Positions 29,718 through 37,842 of a stretch of 53,470 nucleotides of DNA are shown in pieces. Each line of letters opens with the position of its first letter. The stretch's first letter is position 1. Source of the stretch: an uncultured Caulobacteraceae bacterium (GTDB lineage: Bacteria; Pseudomonadota; Alphaproteobacteria; Caulobacterales; Aquidulcibacteraceae); NCBI GenBank assembly GCA_964442095.1, contig CAYTWK010000001.1, forward strand, positions 1-53,470. Reading direction: 5' to 3'. A model generated the notes under the pieces. That model was not told the DNA's origin, made no database searches, and worked only from the letters and a program-made list of their open reading frames with translations. Position numbers and translations under genes: made by a program.

Positions 29718-30241
29718 TAGGAAATGTGCCCTATAAAAAAGTCATTCTGGTATGGATCATTGATTCCAATCTGACTTAAAATTTCAATTTCCAAAGCCTC
29801 CATTTCGTCAGCTTCTTGATCGGTCATGTGGTCATAACCTAATAGGTGCAAAACGCCATGCACCAATAAATGCGCTACATGATTTTCAAATGTCTTGGTT
29901 TGGACTTTTGCTTCGGTTTCAATAGTTTCAAAGCCCAATGCAATGCTTCCAATTATATTCGCATTGCCAATCTGGGGGAATGATAAAACATTGGTCGGTT
30001 TGTCAGTTTTTCGCCAAATATTGTTTAACTCGCGCATTTTTGCATCATCGCACAATAAAAGGTCAATTTCACCTTTTAGGTCTTTAAAACCTTTCACAGC
30101 ATGCAAAAGAATTTTTTCGCAGAATATCTCGGGCTCTGAAATATTTCTGCGCCAATTTTCATCTTCAATGCTAATTTCGCAGACTATTTTATCAATGTAA
30201 GATTGCCTTATACTAAAGGGCTCTATAGCTTCCTCAGGCAT
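29717..30241 (-). CDS. ybeY: rRNA maturation RNase YbeY
   Basis: DKPTNVLSFP and HLLVHGVLHLLGYDH. Confidence 0.96.
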   Translation of the reverse strand: MPEEAIEPFSIRQSYIDKIVCEISIEDENWRRNISEPEIFCEKILLHAVKGFKDLKGEIDLLLCDDAKMRELNNIWRKTDKPTNVLSFPQIGNANIIGSIALGFETIETEAKVQTKTFENHVAHLLVHGVLHLLGYDHMTDQEADEMEALEIEILSQIGINDPYQNDFFIGHIS

Positions 30242-31610
30242 CTATAGGCTCCAATGCCTCAATTAATGTGCCAGATAGGGCGCTCGCGCTAGAGCCATTA
30301 ATCTTCACGTCTAAGATCTTGCCAATATGGCCTTCGTCGCCATCAAAAAACACCGATTGTAGCCATTCTGATTTACCGAGAATTTGGCCTGGGCGTCGCC
30401 CCTTAGAGGTGGCCAGTACTTTCAAGGTTTGTCCTATTTTCGCAGCATTAAACCGACTTTGCCCCTCAACGAGCGCTGCTTGCAAAATCTGCAGTCTCTC
30501 GTCTTTTACTTGCTCGGCGATTTGATACATCATGGCCGAAGCTGGTGTTCCTGGCCTTTTAGAATATTTAAAACTAAATGCGGTGGCAAAATCAATTTCC
30601 TCTACAAGGCGCATTGTGTCCGCAAAGTCTTCATCGGTTTCACCTGGGAAGCCAACAATCAAATCAGTAGCAATCGCAATACCTGGCCGCGCTTCACGAA
30701 TCTTGGCGATGGTCTCAATATATGAAGCCCGATCATGGCGACGATTCATAGCTTTTAGAATCTTGTTCGAGCCAGATTGAACCGGCAAATGGAAAAAGGG
30801 CATAAGTTTTTCAATATCTCTATGTGCTTCGATTAAATCATCATTCATATCGCCAGGGTGCGAGGTTGTATAACGAATCCGTTCGATTGCATCTAGTTTG
30901 GCGATTTCGCGGATTAAACCACCAAGCCCAAACTTAGTTCCTTCGCCACCTTGATAGGCATTAACATTTTGCCCCAAAAGCGTAATTTCTTTGGCACCAT
31001 TATCCGCTAAAGAGCGAGCTTCTTCTAGGACTTTTTCAAATGGGCGAGAAAATTCCGCGCCGCGTGTATATGGAACAACGCAAAAAGAACAGAATTTATC
31101 ACATCCTTCTTGGATTGATAAAAAGGCACTAACCCCAGGGTTCTCACGATTTATCGGCAGAGCATCAAATTTATCAATTGCATCAAAGCTTGTGTCGAGA
31201 GTTTCGCCAGACTTTCTAGCCGCCCTTGCGATTAATTCGGGAAGATTATGATAGGCTTGGGGGCCAACAACCAGCTCGACTACTGGTGCGCGCGCCATAA
31301 TTTGGGCGCCTTCGGCCTGCGCGACACACCCCGCCACGCCTATCATCATATCTTTCCCATTCTTGAGATTGGCCTCTTTTTGAATTTTAAGGCGACCAAT
31401 TTCGGAATATACTTTCTCTGTGGCTTTTTCGCGAATGTGGCATGTATTCAGAACCACCAGATCAGCATCAGCTGAATTCTCAACTGGCGCATATCCAAGC
31501 GGGCGCAATACATCAATCATGCGCTGCGAATCATAGACATTCATTTGGCAACCATAAGACTGCACAAAAACGCTTTTTGACGCTTTGGTCCTAGTTGGCG
31601 TATCAGACAT
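30234..31610 (-). CDS. miaB: tRNA-2-methylthio-N6-dimethylallyladenosine synthase
   Basis: YGCQMNVYDS, NTCHIRE, radical-SAM GCDKFCSFC and HLPVQSGS. Confidence 0.97.
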   Translation of the reverse strand: MSDTPTRTKASKSVFVQSYGCQMNVYDSQRMIDVLRPLGYAPVENSADADLVVLNTCHIREKATEKVYSEIGRLKIQKEANLKNGKDMMIGVAGCVAQAEGAQIMARAPVVELVVGPQAYHNLPELIARAARKSGETLDTSFDAIDKFDALPINRENPGVSAFLSIQEGCDKFCSFCVVPYTRGAEFSRPFEKVLEEARSLADNGAKEITLLGQNVNAYQGGEGTKFGLGGLIREIAKLDAIERIRYTTSHPGDMNDDLIEAHRDIEKLMPFFHLPVQSGSNKILKAMNRRHDRASYIETIAKIREARPGIAIATDLIVGFPGETDEDFADTMRLVEEIDFATAFSFKYSKRPGTPASAMMYQIAEQVKDERLQILQAALVEGQSRFNAAKIGQTLKVLATSKGRRPGQILGKSEWLQSVFFDGDEGHIGKILDVKINGSSASALSGTLIEALEPIDA

Positions 31611-32026
31611 TAATTATTCTTTTCTACAGGCACGCAATATAATTCTAGGCGATGATCGACTAATTTATAACCAAGGCTTTTTGCGATTTCTTCTTGTAAT
31701 TCTTCGATTCTTTGATCTTTAAACTCGAGAACTTTTCCAGTTTGAAGGTCAATTAAATGGTCATGATGTTCCTCTTGCAACTCTTCATAGCGTGAGCGAC
31801 CATCACGAAAATCATGACGCTCTACAATACCGCTTTCAGCCAAAAGTGATACAGTGCGATAGACCGTAGCGATTGAAATTTTCGGATCAATTGCGATGCT
31901 GCGGCGGTATAATTCTTCTACGTCAGGGTGGTCATGAGAGTTTGAAAGGACGCGCGCAATGACACGCCTTTGCTCAGTCATTCTAAGCCCTTTTTCGGCA
32001 CACAGCTTTTCTATTCGGTCTTCCAT
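31610..32026 (-). CDS. fur: Fur-family metal uptake regulator
   Basis: GLRMTEQR, DHPDVEE, ISIATVYRT and HHDHLID. Confidence 0.93.
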   Translation of the reverse strand: MEDRIEKLCAEKGLRMTEQRRVIARVLSNSHDHPDVEELYRRSIAIDPKISIATVYRTVSLLAESGIVERHDFRDGRSRYEELQEEHHDHLIDLQTGKVLEFKDQRIEELQEEIAKSLGYKLVDHRLELYCVPVEKNN

Positions 32027-32135
32027 AAATATCCTCTTTATCCATAATAGCCAAAATCAGTGTAAATTAATAGTCCTATGAACCATTCGTTTGTAGTTTT
32101 AATGCCAAATTGAATGCTTTAGTGCAAAAATAGAA

Positions 32136-32582
32136 TTATTCGAACGAATATCGCATAATTGCGGCATCCATTGTTTCGCCGTTTGCGCGTGTATAATATG
32201 CGCGCCTATTTCCGACTTCTTTAAATCCATTTGCTCTATACAATGATATTGCCTTTTCATTATCCATAGCAACTTCAAGAAATATTGCGCTATTTTGGTT
32301 CGCTCTACTTATTTTTAAAAGCTCGTTTAAGATTGCCGAGCCATAACCCATTTTTCGTCTGTTTTTGGCAATCCAAAGCATGATGATTTCAACTTCCCCT
32401 AATACATGGCTATAAATAATAAAGCCTGATGGCTTGTCACCAATTATTAGAAAGCCATAATTTTCTTTGTCTAAATAGCCAATCAAATCTCTTTCTTGCC
32501 AGCCAGAATATTCGGAATCTTCGGCCAATTGCTGCGCAAGAGCTTTTACATCATCTGCTTTAGCTATTTTTATTCTATGCAC
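32136..32582 (-). CDS. rimI: RimI-like GNAT N-acetyltransferase
   Basis: RRKMGYG and FLEVA.DN..AI.LY...GF..VG.R..YY; follows tsaB. GTG start at 32582 overlaps the tsaB stop. Confidence 0.85.
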   Translation of the reverse strand: MHRIKIAKADDVKALAQQLAEDSEYSGWQERDLIGYLDKENYGFLIIGDKPSGFIIYSHVLGEVEIIMLWIAKNRRKMGYGSAILNELLKISRANQNSAIFLEVAMDNEKAISLYRANGFKEVGNRRAYYTRANGETMDAAIMRYSFE

Positions 32583-33225
32583 CTTGGCTATGTTCCGCTT
32601 TATATCCCGCCCAAAGTTTAACATCGGCGCCGCGCAAATAAAGTGGATTTGGCGCAAATGCTATCTCATCACGCTCTGATGCGAGGGTGCAAAGCACGTA
32701 GGGATCGATAATCTCGGTTCCGATAACATTGAATTTTGGATGCTCTAATTTCGCGAAAGCTGCACCTTGACCACATAGCGCCCATTCATCACTAAAGTCG
32801 TTTAGCGCTGCAAAATCTTCAAAGCGCGTTGGCGGCATTATTATTGTGCGCCCCTCATAGGCGGCCATAAATACACTGCCGGCGACACAAATTATCGCAA
32901 TTGATTTCAATTGGGCGGAACCTATAGCAAAAGCCTCTAGGCTACTTATACCAATACATGGTGCGCCAATAGAGAGCGCCAGGGATTTGGCAAAGCTTAG
33001 GCCTATCCTGACCCCTGTAAATGATCCTGGCCCCGTTGTGACAGCAAGTTTGGTAATTTCTTTTGGCGATATTTTTGCGCTTTCAAGGGACTTAGAAACC
33101 ATAGTCGGCAATATTTCGGCTTGATTATTCTTGCAGGCATGGCTTTGCATTTCAATTAATTCGCCATTTCGCGAAATTGCCACCGCGCAATTATCCAAGG
33201 TGCAATCAAGGCCGAGAATTATCAT
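32575..33225 (-). CDS. tsaB: tRNA t6A biosynthesis protein TsaB
   Basis: ILGLDCT, AVTTGPGSFTGVRIG and PLYLR. Confidence 0.95.
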   Translation of the reverse strand: MIILGLDCTLDNCAVAISRNGELIEMQSHACKNNQAEILPTMVSKSLESAKISPKEITKLAVTTGPGSFTGVRIGLSFAKSLALSIGAPCIGISSLEAFAIGSAQLKSIAIICVAGSVFMAAYEGRTIIMPPTRFEDFAALNDFSDEWALCGQGAAFAKLEHPKFNVIGTEIIDPYVLCTLASERDEIAFAPNPLYLRGADVKLWAGYKAEHSQGA

Positions 33226-33557
33226 TTTAATTCTAACATTGCCTCTATCGGGCGCCCGACAATTGCCCGTTCGCCTTTAATCAGGATTGGCCTTTGGATT
33301 AGATTGGGATTGGCGGCCATTTGCGCAATTAACTCATTATCGCTTTGTTCCAAATCAATCCCAAGCTCGCGCGCAGTTTTTTCGCGGATAATTTTTTGCG
33401 CGCCGCCGGCTTTTTGGGAAATATCTTTTAATTCAACTTCGCTTAATTTGTCCGTCATATAGGTGCGCAGCTCTGGCTCTATTCCATTTTCATTTAATAG
33501 CGCCAAGCCTTTCACACAAGTCGAGCATTTAGGGTAATATATTAGTGTATAGGTCAT
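33222..33557 (-). CDS. ArsC/Spx-family thioredoxin-fold protein
   Basis: YYPKCSTC, NPNLIQRPIL and AIVGRP. Confidence 0.85.
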   Translation of the reverse strand: MTYTLIYYPKCSTCVKGLALLNENGIEPELRTYMTDKLSEVELKDISQKAGGAQKIIREKTARELGIDLEQSDNELIAQMAANPNLIQRPILIKGERAIVGRPIEAMLELK

Positions 33558-33572
33558 TTATAGGTTTTCTCT

Positions 33573-34436
33573 TTACTTCGATTTGCCAATTTCTATTATT
33601 TTCCTTGCCATTTCAAGGTGCAATAATTCTATCATGCGACCTTCAAAAGCAATTGCGCCTTTGTTAATATTTTCTGGCTTTTCAAAGGCCTCAATTATTT
33701 TTTTGGCTTCGTTTATTTCGCTGGCGCTTGGTGCGAAGATATTATTGCAAATTGCAATTTGATTGGGGTGAATTAGGGTTTTGCCATCAAAGCCAAACTT
33801 TTTGGCCTGTATCGCTTGTGATTCAAGGCCATTGATATCCGAAATATTATTATAGACCCCATCAAAGACCAAAAGCCCATTTGCCCGCGCCGCAATAATC
33901 ATGGCCGACATTGCATAATGAAACGGCAAACGCTCCGTGTCCAAAGCCGCACCCGTTTCTTTTGCAAGGTCGTTGGTGCCCAAAACCAAAGCCGCTAACG
34001 GCGCGGTCTCCGCGATGCTGCAAATATCACCAAGCTCAAGAATTGCTTTTGGGGTTTCAATCATCGCCCAAATTGAAATTGAAATGCCATTATTGTTTTT
34101 GCGAATAAATTCATTAATTTCGATAATTTGCGATTTAGATGAAATTTTTGGAATTAAAATCGCATCGGGTTTCGCGGTAATAGAGGCCAAAATATCCTCT
34201 TCAAACCAATAGCTGTTTTGCGAATTGGTGCGAATTATTATTTCGCGTTCGCCAAAGCCGCCAGTTTTAATCGCGTCCAATAGGCTTTCGCGTGCCGAAA
34301 TTTTTTCATCAGGCGCAACCGCATCTTCGAGGTCAAATATAAGGCAATCGGCATCCAAAGTCTTGGCTTTTTCGATTGCTCTTTGGTTTGACGCTGGCAT
34401 ATATAGTAAACTGCGCCTAGGTCGATATTTGTTCAT
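33573..34436 (-). CDS. CitE/malyl-CoA lyase-thioesterase family CoA ester lyase
   Basis: RPRRSLLYMP, FDLEDAV, MIETP, GTNDL and GFDGKTLIHP. Confidence 0.9.
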   Translation of the reverse strand: MNKYRPRRSLLYMPASNQRAIEKAKTLDADCLIFDLEDAVAPDEKISARESLLDAIKTGGFGEREIIIRTNSQNSYWFEEDILASITAKPDAILIPKISSKSQIIEINEFIRKNNNGISISIWAMIETPKAILELGDICSIAETAPLAALVLGTNDLAKETGAALDTERLPFHYAMSAMIIAARANGLLVFDGVYNNISDINGLESQAIQAKKFGFDGKTLIHPNQIAICNNIFAPSASEINEAKKIIEAFEKPENINKGAIAFEGRMIELLHLEMARKIIEIGKSK

Positions 34437-34504
34437 TGCAAAAATGCTGCCTTAATTTGATTTTAGTCAATACTAATAATACTCGCGCATTGAAAGGGCA
34501 AATT

Positions 34505-35626
34505 ATGAGTTTGGATATTAAAGGTTTTGTCGAAAAAGGCTATGAGCCAGTTGCCGAAGTTTTTCAAAAGAATCTAACGGGCGGTCTCGAACTTGGGGCG
34601 GGTTTTTGCGCCAAAGTAGAGGGTCAAACCATTATTGATATTCATGGCGGCTATATGGATAGAGCGCGCCAAAATCCTTGGGTTTCCGATACCTTAGTTC
34701 CGATTTATTCAACCACCAAACCGATTGCCGCTATTATTATTGCAAGGCTTCAAGATATGGGGCTCTTACATCTTGATGACCCAGTCGGAACTTTATGGCC
34801 CGAATTTACCCAAAATGAAAAAGCCGTCTCGATTGCAATGGCGATGTCGCATCAGGCCGGCGTTCCTGGCTTCAAAGATCCGATAGATCCTGCTTTATGG
34901 CTCGATCCGCCCAAGCTTGCTACCGAACTTGCTAAATTATCACCAATGTGGAAAGTTGGCACGCAATCTGGCTATCACCCACTTACTTTTGGATATATTT
35001 TGGGCGAAATTGCAATGCGGGCCGAGGGGAGAACTTTGGGCACACATTTACGCCAAGATATTTGTGCGCCACTAAATATTGATTTTTGGATTGGCCTCCC
35101 TGATAGCGAGCATGAAAGATGCGCCCAAATTGAGAGGCCAAAAGCCCTACCCAATTTAGGTGAAATCAATGAAATGCGCCGCGCAGCCTTCCTTACGCCT
35201 TGGGCGGCCCCAAATCGCGGAACCGCTGAATGGCGCCGCGCGGAGATTCCATCTGCTAACGGCCATGGAACCGCAAATTCTGTTGCTAGTCTTTACGGGG
35301 TTTTTGCGAATGACGGCAAAATTGGCGAGGCGCAAATAATATCACAAGAGGCGCTTGAGGCACTTTGCCAAGAGCGTATTCGCGGCGATGACCTTGTGCT
35401 ACCATCAAATTTACAATGGGCAGCCGGAATTTTGATAAATAATAATTTGGTTTATGGCCCAAATCCAAATGCATTGGGTCATTCGGGTTGGGGCGGATCT
35501 TGCGCCTTTGCTGATCCCGCAAAGCGCCTAAGTGCGGCATATATAATGAATAAGCAATCAAATTCACTAATGGGCGATACCCGTGCGAAAGATTTGATTG
35601 CCGCGCTTTACGAGTGTTTAGGCTAG
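34505..35626 (+). CDS. Serine hydrolase (class C beta-lactamase-like esterase)
   Basis: YSTTK (SxxK), [13 protein letters not shown] and [11 protein letters not shown] at 34505. Confidence 0.88.
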   Translation: MSLDIKGFVEKGYEPVAEVFQKNLTGGLELGAGFCAKVEGQTIIDIHGGYMDRARQNPWVSDTLVPIYSTTKPIAAIIIARLQDMGLLHLDDPVGTLWPEFTQNEKAVSIAMAMSHQAGVPGFKDPIDPALWLDPPKLATELAKLSPMWKVGTQSGYHPLTFGYILGEIAMRAEGRTLGTHLRQDICAPLNIDFWIGLPDSEHERCAQIERPKALPNLGEINEMRRAAFLTPWAAPNRGTAEWRRAEIPSANGHGTANSVASLYGVFANDGKIGEAQIISQEALEALCQERIRGDDLVLPSNLQWAAGILINNNLVYGPNPNALGHSGWGGSCAFADPAKRLSAAYIMNKQSNSLMGDTRAKDLIAALYECLG

Positions 35627-36688
35627 ATTAGCCAAAATAGCATCGCCCATTTGTTCTGTTGATAAATCACCGCCCAAATCCTTGGTGCGAGCGCCTTCAT
35701 TAATTGCCTTCTCAACTGCTGCAAAAACTAGATCAGCTAAATCAGCACGCTCCAAGCTATAGCGAAGCGCCATTTCAAAAGACAAAATAGCGGCAATAGG
35801 GTTTGCAATTCCCTTGCCAGCAATATCAGGTGCTGAGCCATGAATAGGCTCATAAAGGCCGGCGGCGCCATCAATCCCAAGGCCAGCAGACGGCAATAGA
35901 CCAATAGATCCGGTTATTGCAGCCGCCAAATCGGATAAGACATCGCCAAACAAATTATCCGTCAAAAGAACATCATATTGCTTTGGATTGCTGGCAATTT
36001 GCATTGCTGCATTATCGGCCAAAACATGCTCTAAACGGACGTCAGAATAGTGCTCGGCGTGAAGTTTAGTAACCACTTGGCGCCATAGAAGGCCAGATTC
36101 CATCACATTAGATTTTTCCAAACTTGCGACATGGTTTTTCCGAAGGCGCGCTAGTTTAAAAGCAATATGCGAAACTCTTTCAATTTCGGCGGTGGTATAG
36201 CTCTGAGTTTCAAAGCCTCTTTGGCTTCCGTCCGCAAGGGTTTCTATACCGCGCGGCGATCCAAAATAGACGCCGCCGCATAATTCGCGCACAAACATAA
36301 TATTTAGACCTTGCACCTTCTCGGCCTTAAGGCTGGAGGCATCTGCAAGAGCGTCAAAGCAGATTGCAGGGCGAAGATTGGCAAAGACATCTAACTCTTT
36401 GCGTAATCGCAATAATCCCATTTCGGGACGAATTTCGCGCGCGACATTTGCCCATTTGGGCCCACCAACTGCACCCATGAGCACAGCATCAGAGCTTTTT
36501 GCGATCTCAATCGCTGCATCACTAATTGGTTTGCCAATGGCATCAATCGCTGCGCCACCAAATAATTCCTCCTTTAGCTCTAGAGCCAAATTATGGTTTT
36601 GGTTTAATCTATCAATTACACGCTTGGTTTGGGTAATTACTTCGGGACCAATGCCATCGCCTGGTAAAAGTAATAATGTCTTGCTCAT
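35618..36688 (-). CDS. leuB: 3-isopropylmalate dehydrogenase
   Basis: [31 protein letters not shown] and [13 protein letters not shown]. Confidence 0.97.
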   Translation of the reverse strand: MSKTLLLLPGDGIGPEVITQTKRVIDRLNQNHNLALELKEELFGGAAIDAIGKPISDAAIEIAKSSDAVLMGAVGGPKWANVAREIRPEMGLLRLRKELDVFANLRPAICFDALADASSLKAEKVQGLNIMFVRELCGGVYFGSPRGIETLADGSQRGFETQSYTTAEIERVSHIAFKLARLRKNHVASLEKSNVMESGLLWRQVVTKLHAEHYSDVRLEHVLADNAAMQIASNPKQYDVLLTDNLFGDVLSDLAAAITGSIGLLPSAGLGIDGAAGLYEPIHGSAPDIAGKGIANPIAAILSFEMALRYSLERADLADLVFAAVEKAINEGARTKDLGGDLSTEQMGDAILANLA

Positions 36689-36804
36689 GGATATGCCTTA
36701 AGAATTGAATGTCATCAATGGGCATGCAATTAGGCTGCAAGCTTTAAATAGTCAATCGGATTTGGGTTGATAATTAAATAAGCCAATATCTCTGGCGCAA
36801 AAAT

Positions 36805-36957
36805 CTATTGATTTTCTTCGCGCGCTTCTGCGGCTTTAAGGCGGGCAATTAACCGACGCTCAAGGAGGATCGTTGGGCCAAACAATATGCATAGCGGACC
36901 AACAACGTCTTGCACGCTGCTAAGCAGATTTGCAATTTCAAACCCAAAAACCGCCAC
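36805..36957 (-). CDS. Putative 50-aa small protein (not in ORF track)
   Basis: GTG start after GGGGCAAAA; reads MAVFGFEIANLLSSVQDVVGPLCILFGPTILLERRLIARLKAAEAREENQ*. It fills an otherwise empty spacer, downstream of CtrA-like boxes. Confidence 0.55.
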   Translation of the reverse strand: MAVFGFEIANLLSSVQDVVGPLCILFGPTILLERRLIARLKAAEAREENQ

Positions 36958-36978
36958 TTTTGCCCCATAAACAAGCAA

Positions 36979-37014
36979 TTAACCTTTTATAAACTAAGAT
37001 TAAGCAAATATTAA
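36979..37014. promoter_or_regulatory. Two tandem CtrA-like boxes
   Basis: TTAA-CCTTTTA-TAAAC (36979-36994) and TTAA-GCAAATA-TTAA (37000-37014) fit TTAA-N7-TTAA(C). Confidence 0.65.
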
Positions 37015-37069
37015 GCCAGATTGCAAGTGGCAATGCGAGTCGATGTGTAAGCTCGTGCAAAAATGCGCA

Positions 37070-37093
37070 AAAATGCGCAGAATATCGCTGCGC
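37070..37093 (-). terminator. Probable intrinsic terminator of ftsK-lolA
   Basis: Minus strand GCGCAG-CGATATT-CTGCGC followed by ATTTTT, about 45 nt after the lolA stop. Confidence 0.5.
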
Positions 37094-37136
37094 TTATTTC
37101 GGCACAGTGAAATAGATTAGATGTTATTGATGAAGC

Positions 37137-37802
37137 CTAGCGCGATTTGGGGTTTGATGGTCTGCGCGGTAATGGGACGTAAAAATGATTTTGCGGCAAT
37201 GCGCCAGAACTAGTTACATTTGAAATGCGCACTTGAGTAATGCGGTTCTGCCTGTCTTTTATTGACCATTCCTCAAGCTGCATATTGGCACTAAAAACTA
37301 TGCGCAATTCTCCATTGGCTTGGTTTTGGCGATCCCGACATGTCAAAATCAATTTGCCATTTTGGTTTTCTACGCCGGAAACCAAAACGTCCCTATTTAG
37401 GTCAACGCGCGATTTTAAAAGAAAATACAATGGCGTAGAACGCAAAGGATATCTTTCGGTAGTCTTTAGGCGCTTATCAACAATAATAACATCTGAACCA
37501 TCGGAGACCAATAAAAGCTGTGATGGCGCAGAATATTCAAAGCGCATTTTTCCCGGACGGTTTAACCAAAATTTTCCACCATTACTGGTGCGGTTTGGAT
37601 TGATTTGAATAAAGTCGCCCTCTATACGGCCAAGCGCATTAATCGCGCTATTTGCTCTAGTGATGGCTTCAAGGCGCGCATTTCCTTGCAATTCTGCGGC
37701 ATTTGCACTTTTGGCGGCAAATATAGAGTTTCCGATTGCGGCTGTTGCCGTGCCAATAATTGAACCTAGAATCAGTCGACGATTAATCTTGAGATTCTTC
37801 AT
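37137..37802 (-). CDS. lolA: Outer-membrane lipoprotein carrier LolA
   Basis: GDFIQ, RPGKMRFEY, LLVSDG and YPLRSTPL; immediately downstream of ftsK. Confidence 0.9.
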   Translation of the reverse strand: MKNLKINRRLILGSIIGTATAAIGNSIFAAKSANAAELQGNARLEAITRANSAINALGRIEGDFIQINPNRTSNGGKFWLNRPGKMRFEYSAPSQLLLVSDGSDVIIVDKRLKTTERYPLRSTPLYFLLKSRVDLNRDVLVSGVENQNGKLILTCRDRQNQANGELRIVFSANMQLEEWSIKDRQNRITQVRISNVTSSGALPQNHFYVPLPRRPSNPKSR

Positions 37803-37842
37803 TTAATTTTGCCCTTCTGGCATGATTTATTGGGATAGAATG

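Noticed and set aside
33222-33557. Arsenic-resistance operon
   Set aside because: No arsR, arsB or acr3 nearby. The CxxC-type ArsC/Spx-family gene sits in a housekeeping operon.
35145-35152. KOPS motif (GGGTAGGG on minus strand) near ftsK
   Set aside because: A single 8-mer inside a CDS is uninformative without genome-wide skew analysis.
34505-35626. Beta-lactam resistance gene
   Set aside because: No signal peptide, and the motifs fit cytoplasmic family VIII esterases. The two MBL-fold genes are likewise glyoxalase II and persulfide dioxygenase.
37032-37050. Fur box (AATGCGAGTC...)
   Set aside because: Only one half-site resembles the Caulobacter-type palindrome; the other half does not match.
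36689-37136. Chromosomal origin (CtrA boxes, AT-rich, GANTC)
   Set aside because: No DnaA-box cluster seen, the flanking genes are not the hemE/DUF299-type origin neighbours, and a small ORF explains the space better.
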